This document shows positions 34,925 to 47,751 of a DNA stretch of 64,000 nt, piece after piece; position 1 is the stretch's first letter; every line of letters begins with the position of its first letter. The translations under genes and the position numbers were made by a program. Below the pieces are notes generated by a model. The model worked only from the letters and a program-made list of their open reading frames with translations, had not been told where the DNA came from and did no database searches. This stretch comes from Octopus sinensis (taxonomy: Eukaryota). The DNA lies in contig NC_042999.1 of the NCBI RefSeq assembly GCF_006345805.1, positions 83,080,001 through 83,144,000 of the forward strand, read 5' to 3'.

Positions 34925-35226
34925 TTGCCCTTTTCAAGCCTAGCCAGGCTCATGGGCCCGGTTTCCTGGTTTCTGTGGTGTATGTGTTCCCACCAGCTGG
35001 ACGGGATACCAGTCCATCGCAGCGTTACTCAAGAAACAGGAAGAGAGAGTGAGAGAAAGTTGTGGCGAAAGAATACAACAGGGGTTGCCACCACCCCCTG
35101 CCAGAGCCTTGTGGAGCTTTTAGGTGTTTTCGCTCAATAAACATACACAATGCCTGGTCTGGGAATCGAAACTGCGATCCTCCAACCGCGAGTCCACTCC
35201 CCTAACCACTGGGCCATTGCACCTCC
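34925..35226 (-). mobile_element. tRNA-headed SINE with a V-SINE-like central segment
   Basis: Reverse complement: GGAGGTGCAATGGCCCAGTGGTTAGGG (A box), GTTTCGATTCCC (B box), then GCTGCGATGGACTGGTATCCCGTCCAG, which resembles the V domain as I recall it. Confidence 0.7.
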
Positions 35227-35558
35227 ACGTACTAAGTGATCTCTATTTGCCAAGGTGTTGCATTATAAGTGCGTAATAAAAGAACCCTGGTCTTTAGACA
35301 GGTGTTGACATAGATATAGATACATGCACATATGCAGGTGTGAACTTGCGAAATTGGTGTCATTTGTGCAAATTTCCATGGAAACATTTCCAACCACTGA
35401 CTTGAGGAAATATTAACCTTGCTTAGTAACATGTGAAGCTGAGTGACAGGAAGAGCATCCAGCCAGAGAAAATTTGCATCATGGAATGTTGTCTGGTCTG
35501 TGAAAACATGGAATAGTAGATGTTAAAGCAGCTGCTTCACAGGCAGTGGTGGTGGTGG

Positions 35559-35591
<33 letters not shown>

Positions 35592-37119
35592 TGATGCAGA
35601 AACTAGTGTTAAAGGACAGAAGTACCCAGCGTAAGTTTCAAGTCCAAACAGAAATGAAATCCATAAATAGGTGACTGCAGCCTTATAAATTATGTAAAAA
35701 GTATCTTAAATATTTAATTTGTAAATTAAAGTGCATTTAATGGTGTTAATGAATGAGTGCAAGCAAACGTGAACAAGTGACAAATGCCACTTATCCTCAT
35801 TCAGACGGTAAAGTGGTTTAAATATGGGACATCATATAATAAATATTTATTAATGTACATATCTGTGTGTGTGTGTGCACGTGTATTTGTGTATCATCAC
35901 TTTAACATCTTTTTTTGCATGTTTGCATGGGTCAGATGAAATTCCTCGAGGTGAATTTCCTACGGCTAGCTGCTCTTCCTAGCATCAACCCTCACTTTGT
36001 ACCTGTGCGAGGATATATTTTTCCCTTACTCAGGACATGCTTTCACAGAAGAATGCAAATAGGCACCACCACTTGTATGACTAAAGTTTGTGTACAATTA
36101 ATGCATGATGTCAAGACAAACTGCTCGGTTGGGGTGGTGCTGCTAAATCTCTGTCCGAAAATATATAGTTTTCAAAGTGACACACAGTCGCTGATCTAAT
36201 CAATTATGTTGGCAAATAATCTTTACTTTAAGGCACTGTTACTGAATGTCTCTCATTGAGAGATTTAGAAATATAATGTTTCTGTTTAGGAAAAGATGTT
36301 ATTTATAAAATTTTGGTTGCAGATAGAGAAAATAAAAGAAACAGAAGGCATTGCTCTATGTGGGAAATTAAAAAAAAATTAAGAAAGGTGCCACTAAATT
36401 ATGATAAAGAATGCAAAATTTTATTGTATGTGTGTATGTGGGAGGTATAACTGTTGTAAATTCTAGAAAATAATAGGTTATTAAATAGCTTAATAATTGA
36501 ATTAAATAAATTATGATGAAATAATTAAAATATTAAGGAATTAAATTAAAAAGTGAAATGTTTTTGAGTTGAAAAGTTTAAAAAATTAAGAAATCGAATA
36601 AAGGTTTAAAATTTTTTTTAAATGTATAGAAAATATGGAAATAAGTAAGATTATATTAGGTAGATGAAATCAGAAGTAGGGATTTAGGGTAAAGTAAAAT
36701 ATAAATGAAAAAAATAGGATATTTAGATTGTAAGAGTTAAAAAGGTAGAGGATTATGAAGGAAAGTGGATATATTGGGGGAATTAAGGAACAGGGCTTAA
36801 AAAACAGTTATAGAAATTCCTGAAAGTGGTATTAAGGTCTTAATAAAAAAGGATTTGAGTTAAGATAATGGTATTAGTCAAGAGCTGAAGCATGGAAAGT
36901 AAGAGAGCAAACGGAATAAACAAAATTAGGTTGGCATTTACAATAAAAATGCATATTATAGCCTGGAATTAATTAGAAAAGTAAATCAAGTCAGAGGTTC
37001 GTAACAGTGAGATAAATTAGGGAAGCCTAACCACTTGCCCACAGACCAACACTGGGTCATGGATCATTAGGTACTGAGTTGCACAGAAAGACTAAATTTT
37101 AAACTTTTATTTCTCGGTA

Positions 37120-37440
37120 TGACTGTGTTATAAGAAGCTTCCTTTTCAACCACACGATTCTGGGTTCAGTCTCAGTATATGACACTATGGGTAAGTGTCT
37201 TCTATTATAGCCTTGAGCCAACCAAAGCCTTGTGAGCAGATTTCAGAGACGGAAACTGAATAAAGCCCATCGTATGTATGTGTATTTATGTCCCTGTAAC
37301 TTAGCTGTTTGTCAAAAGAGACCAATAGTATAAGTACTAGGTTTCAAAAAACCATAAATCTAAGGGTCAGTTTGTTTGACTAAAACCCTTCAAGGCAGTG
37401 CCCCAACATGGCCACAGTAAAATTACTGAAACAAGTAAGA
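37120..37440 (+). mobile_element. Diverged SINE family A lacking most of the internal microsatellite
   Basis: CCAACCAAAGCCTTGTGAG...GACGGAAACTGAA...AAAAGAGACCAATAGTATAAGTACTAGG...CCCCAACATGGCCACAG. Confidence 0.75.
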
Positions 37441-37485
37441 TTTTATTGACTATTGCAGTCTGCAGAGTGTTTTTGCTTTAAATAT

Positions 37486-37528
<43 letters not shown>

Positions 37529-38410
37529 TATGTAACATACAGGTTCCAGTGTAGCTGCATGGTAAGAAGTTTGCTTCCCAACCACAAAGTTCTGGGCCGG
37601 GTCCCACTTTGTGGCACCTTAGGCAAGTGTCTTCTACTACTGATGCCCTTCTGTCACCAACCCTCACCTGCTTCCAAGTTAGGTGATATTTCCTCATGAC
37701 CGGATATGAAGGACACTGCTTGCATGACGGTGACACTCATTTACATCTGTCGTAAAGCATGAATTAAATCCTATAAGATTTGGGATGTGTTTTGAGAAGG
37801 ATTTGTTTTATTTCTAGCAGTTTTGGTGACTGTGTAGTGTTCCCTTGTTGTCTTGTATAAATGTTATTGGGGTCATTGATGGTGATGTTTTGTGGCATGC
37901 CATTTCCAACAGAGTAGACTATCACCAATGATTTTTTTTTTTCTGATGTTACACTTAACTACATCAGACAAGATACCCTTCTTGTTTTTTGCTTTCTAAA
38001 CAAACCTAAGGAATTTGATGGCAATTGAGCTGCTATTTCTTGTAGGCTGAATGTGGATTATGGGCATGGTCTTGATGACGCTGCAATTGTTAATAACATT
38101 GGAGTGATGTTTCTAACAACAGAGGTGAAAGCAACTATTGATTAATTGATTTTGCTTCTATTGTTTAGCTGAATTGCGACTAAAAGGCATTACAACCATG
38201 GTCATCCCATTTATTGTGTTCTTCACACAGAATATTTAGGATCACATTAGACAATGTATTGCTCTTTTTAACACAGTACAATGTGATTTGAAGGAGATTA
38301 TGTTGTTAAATCTATGAAATTGAGCAACTATTTAGTTGCTGGTGTTAATGTTGGATGTACTGTTTAGTGGGGTTTTTAGTCGTGGCTATTTCGGCAATGA
38401 TATTAATTAA

Positions 38411-38632
38411 CCCTTTCGTTACTGTACTTCTGCTGAGATGCTCCGTGTTTCTTTCAATTACTTTAAATATAACAAAGAATGTAGTAAAATAACTTAGTTA
38501 CAATTTAGATAAGTTTTAGGAACATAAATTGTGACTAAGGTTTGGTGGAAGGTTTTAATTCAGAACTTATGAAAACAAGACATTTGTACTACAGAGCCAG
38601 AGCCGGTTTCAGCCGGGTTGGTAATGAAAGGG
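38411..38632 (+). mobile_element. piggyBac-like MITE P1, complete (222 bp)
   Basis: TTAA at 38407-38410 and 38633-38636; TIRs CCCTTTCGTTAC / GTAATGAAAGGG. Confidence 0.85.
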
Positions 38633-38665
38633 TTAAGATGTGTTGCACAACAGTGTATGTGTTAA

Positions 38666-38885
38666 CTCTTTAGTATTCAGATTAATCTGTCAAATGTTAA
38701 GCATATTTATTCACATTTCTTTGAATAAATCCTGCATTATCTCGTAGCTTTGAGATTTTGGCGATATGCTTGCTTAGTTTTGGGCTGGCATTGTTGGGTA
38801 GGTGTGAGAGTTCAGATCTGGTAAGTTTTATCATAAGAGAAGTCGAATATTTGAGCCAGATCAGACCAGTTTAAATGCTAAAGCG
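38666..38885 (+). mobile_element. piggyBac-like MITE P2, nearly complete
   Basis: TTAA CTCTTTAGTATT left end and AATGCTAAAGCG TTGG right end (decayed TTAA); the same right end occurs at 1-50. Confidence 0.7.
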
Positions 38886-41156
38886 TTGGTAACACCATCA
38901 TAATGGTTTTAAAATCCACTTTTCCATACGTGCGTGGGTCAGCTGGAATTTGTTGAGGTAAATGTTCTGTGGCCAGATACCCTTCCTATTGACAGCACTA
39001 ATCCATTTCCAAGCAAGCTAATATTTAGCCACACATGTTTTTTTATGGGAGATTGAATGTTTCCAGCCGTCATGTGATGTCTAGAGTGAGAGTGACCAGA
39101 GAAAATGCATGCATGCATACATAATCAATATGTGATTTCTGATTTGGTGCCAACATTGCCATCTATTTATGAGTTAACTTAAGTGGGTTATATATACATA
39201 TGGGTGTACGTGTGTGAGTGTGTATGAATTGTGAATTATCTCTTTGTCTTTGCAAATATCTCTATCTACATCTGCATATCTACCTGACTATATATCTCTC
39301 TATCTATCTATGTCTGTCTATCTATCTATCTATCTGTCTATCTATCTATTTCTCTATCTCTCCCCCTCTCTATCTATCTTTATCTCACTATCTCTCTCCC
39401 TCTCTTTCTCTCTCTATCTTTTTCTATCTATCTGTCTTTCTTTCCTTCCTTTCTTTCTTTCTTTCTTTCTTTCTTGTCATTGCTTCTGTTACTCTTTGTA
39501 AATGTGTGTGTATGTGTGTGTAGAAACTGATCTCAGGATATTGAACCTCATGAAGTAGGTGTTAAGTGTTTGCAATAAGTTGTGAGATGTGTTGGAGAAG
39601 ACCCATCCAACCTACGCAGGCACACAAAGACAATATTAAAATAATTCACTTACACATATATATATATATATATATATATATGCATGCACACATACACATA
39701 TATAGGCGAATGCACACTTACGTACACACGATTCTAAATATACGCACACATGATTCTAAATACACGCACATACTCATGCGCGTCTGCTTACTTTGATTTC
39801 GTCTCCCCCCCTCTATTCTTTTTATTTTACATTTTGCCCCTCCATTCTTTTTCAATTACTTTCCATCTCACTTTTTCTCTAATTTGCATCTTCTCTCTCT
39901 CTCCTCCTCTCCCTCTCTCTCTCTGTATTCTATCTCATTCTTGTCCTCTGTGTATCCCTCCATATTTTCCTTACATTCCTCTCTATGCTCTTCTTTCTAT
40001 CTCTGTTTCTCCATGCAACCTATCTTCCTATCTCTATTTCTCCTGGTCTTCCATTCCCTTTTCCATTCTCCTTTCATCTCTGACCGCACCTCCTTTCTTT
40101 CTCTTTCTCTCACACACAGTCTCTTGCTCTCTTTATGTCTCCCCCTCTCTCTCTTTAACCCTCTTTCCCTCCCTTTTTTCCCTCCTATCTCATTTGCCTC
40201 ATTTTTACCAGGCAAAAAACATCAACAGCTCACAAACACTCAACCAGCTATACTTGATTGCATTGCGCGTCTGTGTGCACGAATCTGTATGTATGTCTCT
40301 ATTATAGTGTGTGTGAGAAAGTGAAAGAGAGAGATGGCTTATTTGAAGGGGTAATTAGACTCCAGGTGTGGAAACAAACTATAAATTGATAACGAATTAA
40401 TTATAAGTGATTTTTCAGATCTGAAGTGAAGATCGAACTGTCTTCTCTTCAAATCAAAATAAAAACGGATATCTCCAGGGTGAAGTGTATATTGCTATGT
40501 ACAGGTAGGAGTAGTAGTGGTGGTGGTGGTGGTCTTTTATTTTTATTTATTTATTTCTGTTGGATTATTTTGTTCTTTGTTCTTAAGCATTTTTAAGGAG
40601 ATTCTATGCAAAAATATTTACTTTTCATTAAACATTGCTGATCTGTAAGGGTTTTTGTGATTCATTTCATCCCTTCTCCTCGCGAAAAAACAATCAATTA
40701 ATTTCTCTTTATTTTTTTACATATTTAATTCTTCATCATCATCATCATCTTCTATAGTTATAGTAGTATGATACACACACACACTTGTACATAAGCATAC
40801 ACACAAAAACATTTATAGGGAACAAGTGTTTTTCTATAGATTGCAATAGTTATAAGGTTAAGCTGGTGCTTGCTTGAATCAAAAAATGAAAGAACTTGTA
40901 GCTCAGCTGTTAGGGAAGGATACATGTGCCCTGACGATTACATTTGTGTGTGTGTATGTGTGTGTGTTTGAAGTAGTGTACAGATATTGTATATTGAGAA
41001 AAAGGAGGCAGTTTGAATTTTGGATAATTCTTTGTTAGTGCTTTCATTCATTTAGCCAAACTTGTGAAGACAAAACTTATAACCAAAACCATTCATATTT
41101 AAAGAATTATCCCAAATTTGGACTGCCTCTGTTTCCATTATATATATATATATATA

Positions 41157-41381
41157 TATTCCATTCTACCAAACTGCGTTAAGAAAATGTTTTTGCTGAA
41201 GTACATTTCAAACAATTGAAAATAATCACCAAACACCATACAGTCATCATCATCATTATCAACGGACGCTAAACGATGATGATGATGATGATGACTGTAT
41301 GGTGTTTGGTGATTATTTTCAATTGTTTGAAATGCACCTCAGCAAAAAGATTTCCTTAACGCAGTTTGGTAGAATGGAATA
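41157..41381. repeat. Long inverted repeat: 100-bp arms, 4 mismatches, 25-nt spacer containing an RTE tail
   Basis: 41157-41256 pairs with 41282-41381; spacer TATCAACGGACGCTAAACGATGATG. Confidence 0.95.
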
Positions 41382-42530
41382 ACATTATTTATTCAAAACT
41401 AAGTCTTTGAGAGTTTCTAGTCAGTGTCTTGTCCCTAGTCTTCAGGCAACCAGGATTAAAAAAAAAAAAAAAAGCTTCCATTTGCAACTCATGCAAACTC
41501 AATTTCGAATGTATTATCTTATAATAGCCATCTGCTGATAAGACATGCTTTGCATGTCTTATTAGGAGTTACTTCCTTCCTTTGTACGTTGTAAAAAATT
41601 GCCTTGCATTTATGTTTGTTGTTCTTCCAGCTGTTTTACAGAGTGGAATAAATGCATTTTAGTGTAGCATAAGCACTAAAGATCTTTTCATGTTTGCAAC
41701 ATGACGGAACAAAAAGTTGTACTCTTAACCTACACCTAGAGTTCATTTACTAAGTACTTTACTGATTCTTGGGGGTGCATTATATTGTGGCACCAGCAAT
41801 AGATGGGTTGTCGTGTTCTCAGTAAAACAGGACTAAAGCTTTCTCTTGAGCCAATGTTTATTCTGCTTATTAGCCAACCACTTTACATAGTGGTTGGAAA
41901 ATAATAGTGGGTGTATGCATGTGCATGCATGTTTGTGTGGTGTATCTGTGTGTACACACACATAAACGCACACATCCATTGACAGACATCAAGTTCTGAA
42001 TGATTTGGCTTTTGAACATCTATTGTTGTGAACCAATCTCCATGAAGCCTGTTATATTAAAAATTTGAGTTACATAAATTAATTGATAATAACGAAGGAA
42101 CAGGTGGACTAATTTGTGATTCACATCAAACCCTTGTGCATTTTCAGTAGTTTGCCGCTTCAAGGAAGTACAGTGTCAAGCTGTCACCATTTTGTATTGA
42201 ATCACATAAAGACTGTGTTGTTGTTGTTGTTGTTGTTTAGTTTTAAATTTTATTGTCTGTGCTTCCACAATCCTCTAATGTGTCAGTCTAATGCAAATTA
42301 TGATGATGATGATGATGATGCATCTAAGAGACAGGAAAATATGACATCTGAAATTAAATTGTTAATTATACAAAACATGATAATACAGTGTTGACGAAAT
42401 CATTTGAAGCATCTTCAAGAAAAATGCCTTGCAGTATTTGTGGTGATAGCTGTTTGCATTCTGTTTTCAAAGCCCACTGAGTTCAGCTTCCCTCCAGAGT
42501 ATATGTGTGTATATATGCTCATGTAGTTAT

Positions 42531-42562
<32 letters not shown>

Positions 42563-42769
42563 TTACAGACAGACAGATGAGATTTCTTTCAACTTCCACT
42601 TATTAAATACACTCACTAGGTTTTGGTTGGCTATAGTACAAAACATTTTCTCAAGGTGTTGCATAGTAGGACTGAATCTGAAGTTGGAAAGTGGAATTGT
42701 TAACCATATGGCTACACACACACACACACACACATGAATGCAAGTGTGTGTGTGTGTGTGTATGTAGTC

Positions 42770-42974
42770 GTGGCCGATGACAGTATCAGGTCAATGGCAT
42801 GTAAAAAGCACCTGCTCCACTCTCGGAGTGGTTGGCATTAGGAAGGGCATCCAACTCTAGAAACCTTGCCAAATTAGATTGGAACCTGGTGCAGCTCCCC
42901 GGCTTACCCGTTTTTAGTCAAACCATCCAACCCATGTCAGCATGGGATGCGGGTATTAAATAATGATGATGATA

Positions 42975-42975
<1 letters not shown>
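42770..42975 (+). mobile_element. RTE 3'-UTR fragment (family C)
   Basis: TGGCATGTAAAAAGCACC...AGGAAGGGCATCC...CCCATGTCAGCATGG...TAATGATGATGAT. Confidence 0.85.
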
Positions 42976-43014
<39 letters not shown>

Positions 43015-43126
43015 TCATCATCGTTTAATGTTCATTATCCATACAGGCATACACATATATATCTCTGACTGCTAGACTTTCAGCATTTGTAATAACTGTT
43101 GCAGCAATTCATATGTAAATATCCCT

Positions 43127-43161
<35 letters not shown>

Positions 43162-46100
43162 TACATTGGATGTTGAACTTATTAAAGAGATGACAAAGAA
43201 ACATGAGTGGTAAGATGCAATGTTGAAGAAAGTCTCTCTAACCCATGCAAGCATGAAAAATTGGATGTAAATTTGATGATGATGATGATGATGACATATA
43301 TATATATATATATACATAGAGACACTTACATGTAACATACAGACGTAAAATCATATGTACTCACGTATACACACATTTATACACATACGTACACACCTAG
43401 ATATCTTTCTCAGTATGTGTATGCATGTGTGTCTTTGCATATCCACATGACTCAAATCTGAATATTCTAAAACATGTTTTACTTGTCTGTTTTCTAACCT
43501 AAATACATGTGATAACTAGCAACACATGCAGACATATACAATAGAATGTGTTATACAGCTAAAACAAAAGCCCATCAGTTCGTAGAGGAAAAGCAATAGA
43601 TATTCACACTTAAATGCACATGCATATGTACACCATCATCAAATATGCATATATGTAAATTAAAACAGAAAACCACAGACTTTCAGCAGTCGTTATAATT
43701 GCTACGGCAATTCATATGTAAATAATCCTAATTTAGTAAACCACGCTCTCTATGTTAGAAAGAAAACAATAAAAAAAACTTTAAAACCTACCAAAAAATA
43801 CAGATGCCAAATTACATGTGTGTTTGTGTATAGAATGGTGGTATTTAGATTTATTCTTTATTGTGGAAATCTAAGAGTGCTTGATACTTTTATATTAATG
43901 GCAATGTGTACTTTGCACTGTTGTGTTCCTGTATTTTTTTTTTCTGTAACTCTCAAAGAATATAGGGTTTTTGCAATTTTTTAAAAATCTTTTATTTACT
44001 TTGATCATTGAACTGCAGGCATGCTGGAGTGTTTAGTTGATCATATCTACCCCCAGTTTTTACTTTTTAAGTCTGAGATTTATTCTGTTGGTATTTTAGA
44101 CAACTGCTAAGCTGCTGGAATGTAATCAAGTCAACTCTTGAGTGGTGAAGATGGAACGCAGTCATACACACAGACGTGTGTGCATGTGTTTGTGTTATGT
44201 GTAAATATACATACACACACGCAATGGGTTTCAACTTGGTTTCTGTCTACCAAATTTATTCACAAAGCATTGGTTGGCTTGGAGCTATATATAGTACAAG
44301 ACACTTACCCAAGGTGGCCCGCTGCAGGACTGAACCTGAAACCACATAGTTGTAATGTGAACTTTTTAACTACACAGCCATTCCTGACCAAAGTTTATTT
44401 GTAAAGTTAAATCATTTTTTTTTTCTCTTTCTATTTATCTTAATTCCTAACAACCCATCTTTGAAGAGGTTGAGTGATGGTTTTGGGGGAAAATGCAATA
44501 AGCAGGTTGATAACATCTTGCCTGTGAGTTACAAATACATTTTCACTGCTTCTGTTTGTAAAGACTAGGAATATTGACCATGTGATCAGACCATATGGTC
44601 AGTCAGTATTCAAAGACATTTAATCTCAGTGAAATTATTCCTCATGTTTGTAGAATTATCAAACATATCTATCTGTGTGAATTGAGGTATCAATCTCATA
44701 CTATGTTTCATCCAGACGTTATCATGATTGAATACCAGTGACCACAATAGCGTGATAAAAGAACCATATGTTCATGAATAACTTCCATCGGAACCTTAGT
44801 TGTGACGATTTTATGCTGCAGTAAAATACAGCATAATAGAATTGGATATCAAATACTATCTCTGGCAAAATTGCACGCTGGAATCCAGTGATTCTTTTCA
44901 TGATTTATTGAGATATGTTGCTGATTAACACCATCAGCACCTAATAACTGCATATGGGGACCAGGGGTCAACAAGTGATTCACTATGTGGTTAGTCATAC
45001 TAAGAAAGATAGCTGCTTAATCATTCTCAAATCACATCATATGATTTTACAATGTAATCTAGTTCCTGAGAAAGCAAAAGAGAAAAGATGTCCTCTTTGA
45101 CCATTGATCTGGTGGGTCAGGGTTGACCAGGGGATTTAATATCAGCAATTTTATAATTGACACCTTTAACAGTGGTCATTCAGCTTCATTTTATTCAGAC
45201 CAGACCTTTTTGTTTATTACCCATCCTTATTCTTCCCTTGCAAATGGATATCCTGCAGATGGCCTAAACTTCTGAAGAAGTTATTAACCAAAATTCAAGA
45301 ATCTATGGAATATATCTATAATGTATAATGACTGTAGACTAATTTCAGAATAAGGAAGGACACCCCACTTTTCCCATATAACATTTGAATCATTTTTTTG
45401 CGCATGTAAGTTTATCAGTATCAGTCAAGTTTGAGGGTTGATTTAATTGTAGAAGCTATTGTTATAACTTATCATTTTTATTATTAAAACCAGGAAAGCA
45501 AGCTGGCAGAATAAGTAGCTCGTTGGACAAAAAAATGTTTGGTGGAACTTCTTCCATTTCTTCTTTATGTTCTGAGTTCAAATCATGCTACAGTCAGCAT
45601 TGTTTTCTTCTTTCTAGGGTTAATAGAATTAAAGTGCCTGTCAAGTTCTGGGGTTGATGTAAATCAAATTTCCCCTCCCCCTTGAAATTACTGTTAATAT
45701 GTCAAAATTAGAAAGAACTATTTGGAGAAGTGTGTCTGGGAGAAATGGTTTCATCCTGAGACTAGCTTTGCCTTTAATTCCTCGTTTGCTTGATGAAAGA
45801 AACATCAGTCAATTAATATCGATGTTGGTTTGATCGACTGTATCCTCAACCAAAAGTGTCCATCTTCATGGTTTTGTTTGAAACGACTACTATTTTATTA
45901 ATGCAATGGATGGTAGAAATCGTCTGAAACCGTGGTATTTAATTATCTCATTCTGTGTTCTCAATTCAAGTATGGCTTTAATTTTTAGCTTCTCTCTTTC
46001 TCCCAGCGTCTATAAAATCAATACCAGTCATATATTTCTGATGATTTATCAATTGACTATACCGCTTCTCACATGTTTTGCCCATGTAATAAATCATTAT

Positions 46101-47355
46101 TATCATTGTTGTTGTTTTTCTTGTTGCTGCTATTGCTACTATTGCTCTAATATATTTCTTTTTTTCTATTTTTCAGGTAAATATCCTCCTTGGAGTTTTT
46201 TCATGCCTTTCTGCTACAGTACTGGATAAAAAACACATACACACACACACATACACACACTTTCATTTACAAATTGCACAAAGTGGCTCTTTGTCATCGC
46301 TTTCAGCAGTGAGTATTTCGGTTGTTTGCTCAACGGAATTAATTTCTTCATTGAATTACAGTGTTAATGGATGCGTATATAACAGATATTTGTACCATAA
46401 ATGTAATCCTGAGGTAGAATCACCGTGATTCAGCATGTAACAAAACTGGCTCTTTGAATTACAAGTATAATCCATCCAATGGAACCCTCACAGTTTCTGT
46501 CTCCCTAATTTTTTTTGCAAGGCATGAGTGAATCCAAAACTTTTGTAGAAACCACTTTGCCTTCTACCAAAGTTTGTCTCACATTGTAACATTGTTACAC
46601 AGTGGAATTGAATAATCAACGTAAAGCCTAATCTTTTTCCCTTTTATTATTTTTTTGTAATCATTAGACTGTGTCCATGCTGGGGCACCGCTTTCAAGAG
46701 TTTAGTCGAACAAATCGGCCCCAGTATTTATTATTTAAGCCTGGTATCTATTCTGTCATTTTATGGAGATGTAAACAAATTAATACTGGTTGTTAAGCAG
46801 TGTAGGCTTCCACACAGTTTTCATTATTTAACATCCACTTTCCATGCTGGCATGGGTTGGATGATTTGACAGGGTTTTATGGGAGGATGCACTAACCCCA
46901 GGTCAACCTTGATTGAGTAGACCTATGATCAAAAGCATTCCAACCATGATCATCTAGCTTCTTTTCAAAAAATAGCATACAATTCACAGATTTATTTATT
47001 TTTTGAAGACATATGGGTGTGACAAACTAAGATAGGTTTAGGCTTCATCATTCTCTCTTTTGTCTGTATTTACAAAATTGTTTGTTATTTGCTTATATAT
47101 TTAACTCTTTTGATGTCAGCCCACCTGTGGCTGCCCTGGTTCTGTGATGAAACTTTATATTTTAAAGTGGTAATTAGAAAACGAGATGACAAACAAATAA
47201 ATAATTATCTAATGAACTGCATTAGCCTACAACTGTTTCTGCTATAAGATACAGTGGACTCATAGTTAAGTGCCTGAGTAACACCTTATAGCTTCATCAC
47301 AGCCTCAAATACGAAGTGCAATTTATTAGCGAAAAGAATTACATTTATGCATATA

Positions 47356-47751
47356 TACTCTTTTACTTGTTTCAGTCATTTAACTGCGGCCATGCTGGAG
47401 CACCGCCTTTAGTCGAGCAAATCGACTCCAGGACTTATTCTTTGTAAGCCTAGTACTTATTCTATCAGTCTCTTTTGCCAAACTGCTAAGTTACGGAGGC
47501 ATAAACACACCAGCATCGGTTGTCAAGCGATATTAGGGGGACAAACACAGACACACACACACACACACACACATATATACATATATACGATGGGCTTCTT
47601 TCAGTTTCCGTCTACCAAATCCACTCACAAGTCTTTGGTCGGCCTGCGGCTATAGTAGAAGACACTTGCCCAAAGTGCCACATAGTAGGACTGAACCTGG
47701 AACCATGTGGTTGGTAAGCAAGCTACTTACCACACAGCCACTCCTGCACCT
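47356..47751 (-). mobile_element. SINE family A, full length
   Basis: Reverse complement aligns with 6505-6918. Confidence 0.9.

Noticed and set aside
36300-37020. Nuclear mitochondrial insertion
   Set aside because: No frame I translated resembled a mitochondrial gene under the invertebrate code; kept only as a compositional anomaly.
38045-38123. Exon-like LNVDYGHGLDDAAIVNNIGVM with an SDR-like NNxG motif
   Set aside because: The acceptor is part of a dispersed repeat (GATTT...GCTGCTATTTCT..CAG, also ~37800 and ~38290); the donor is weak; no supporting exons.
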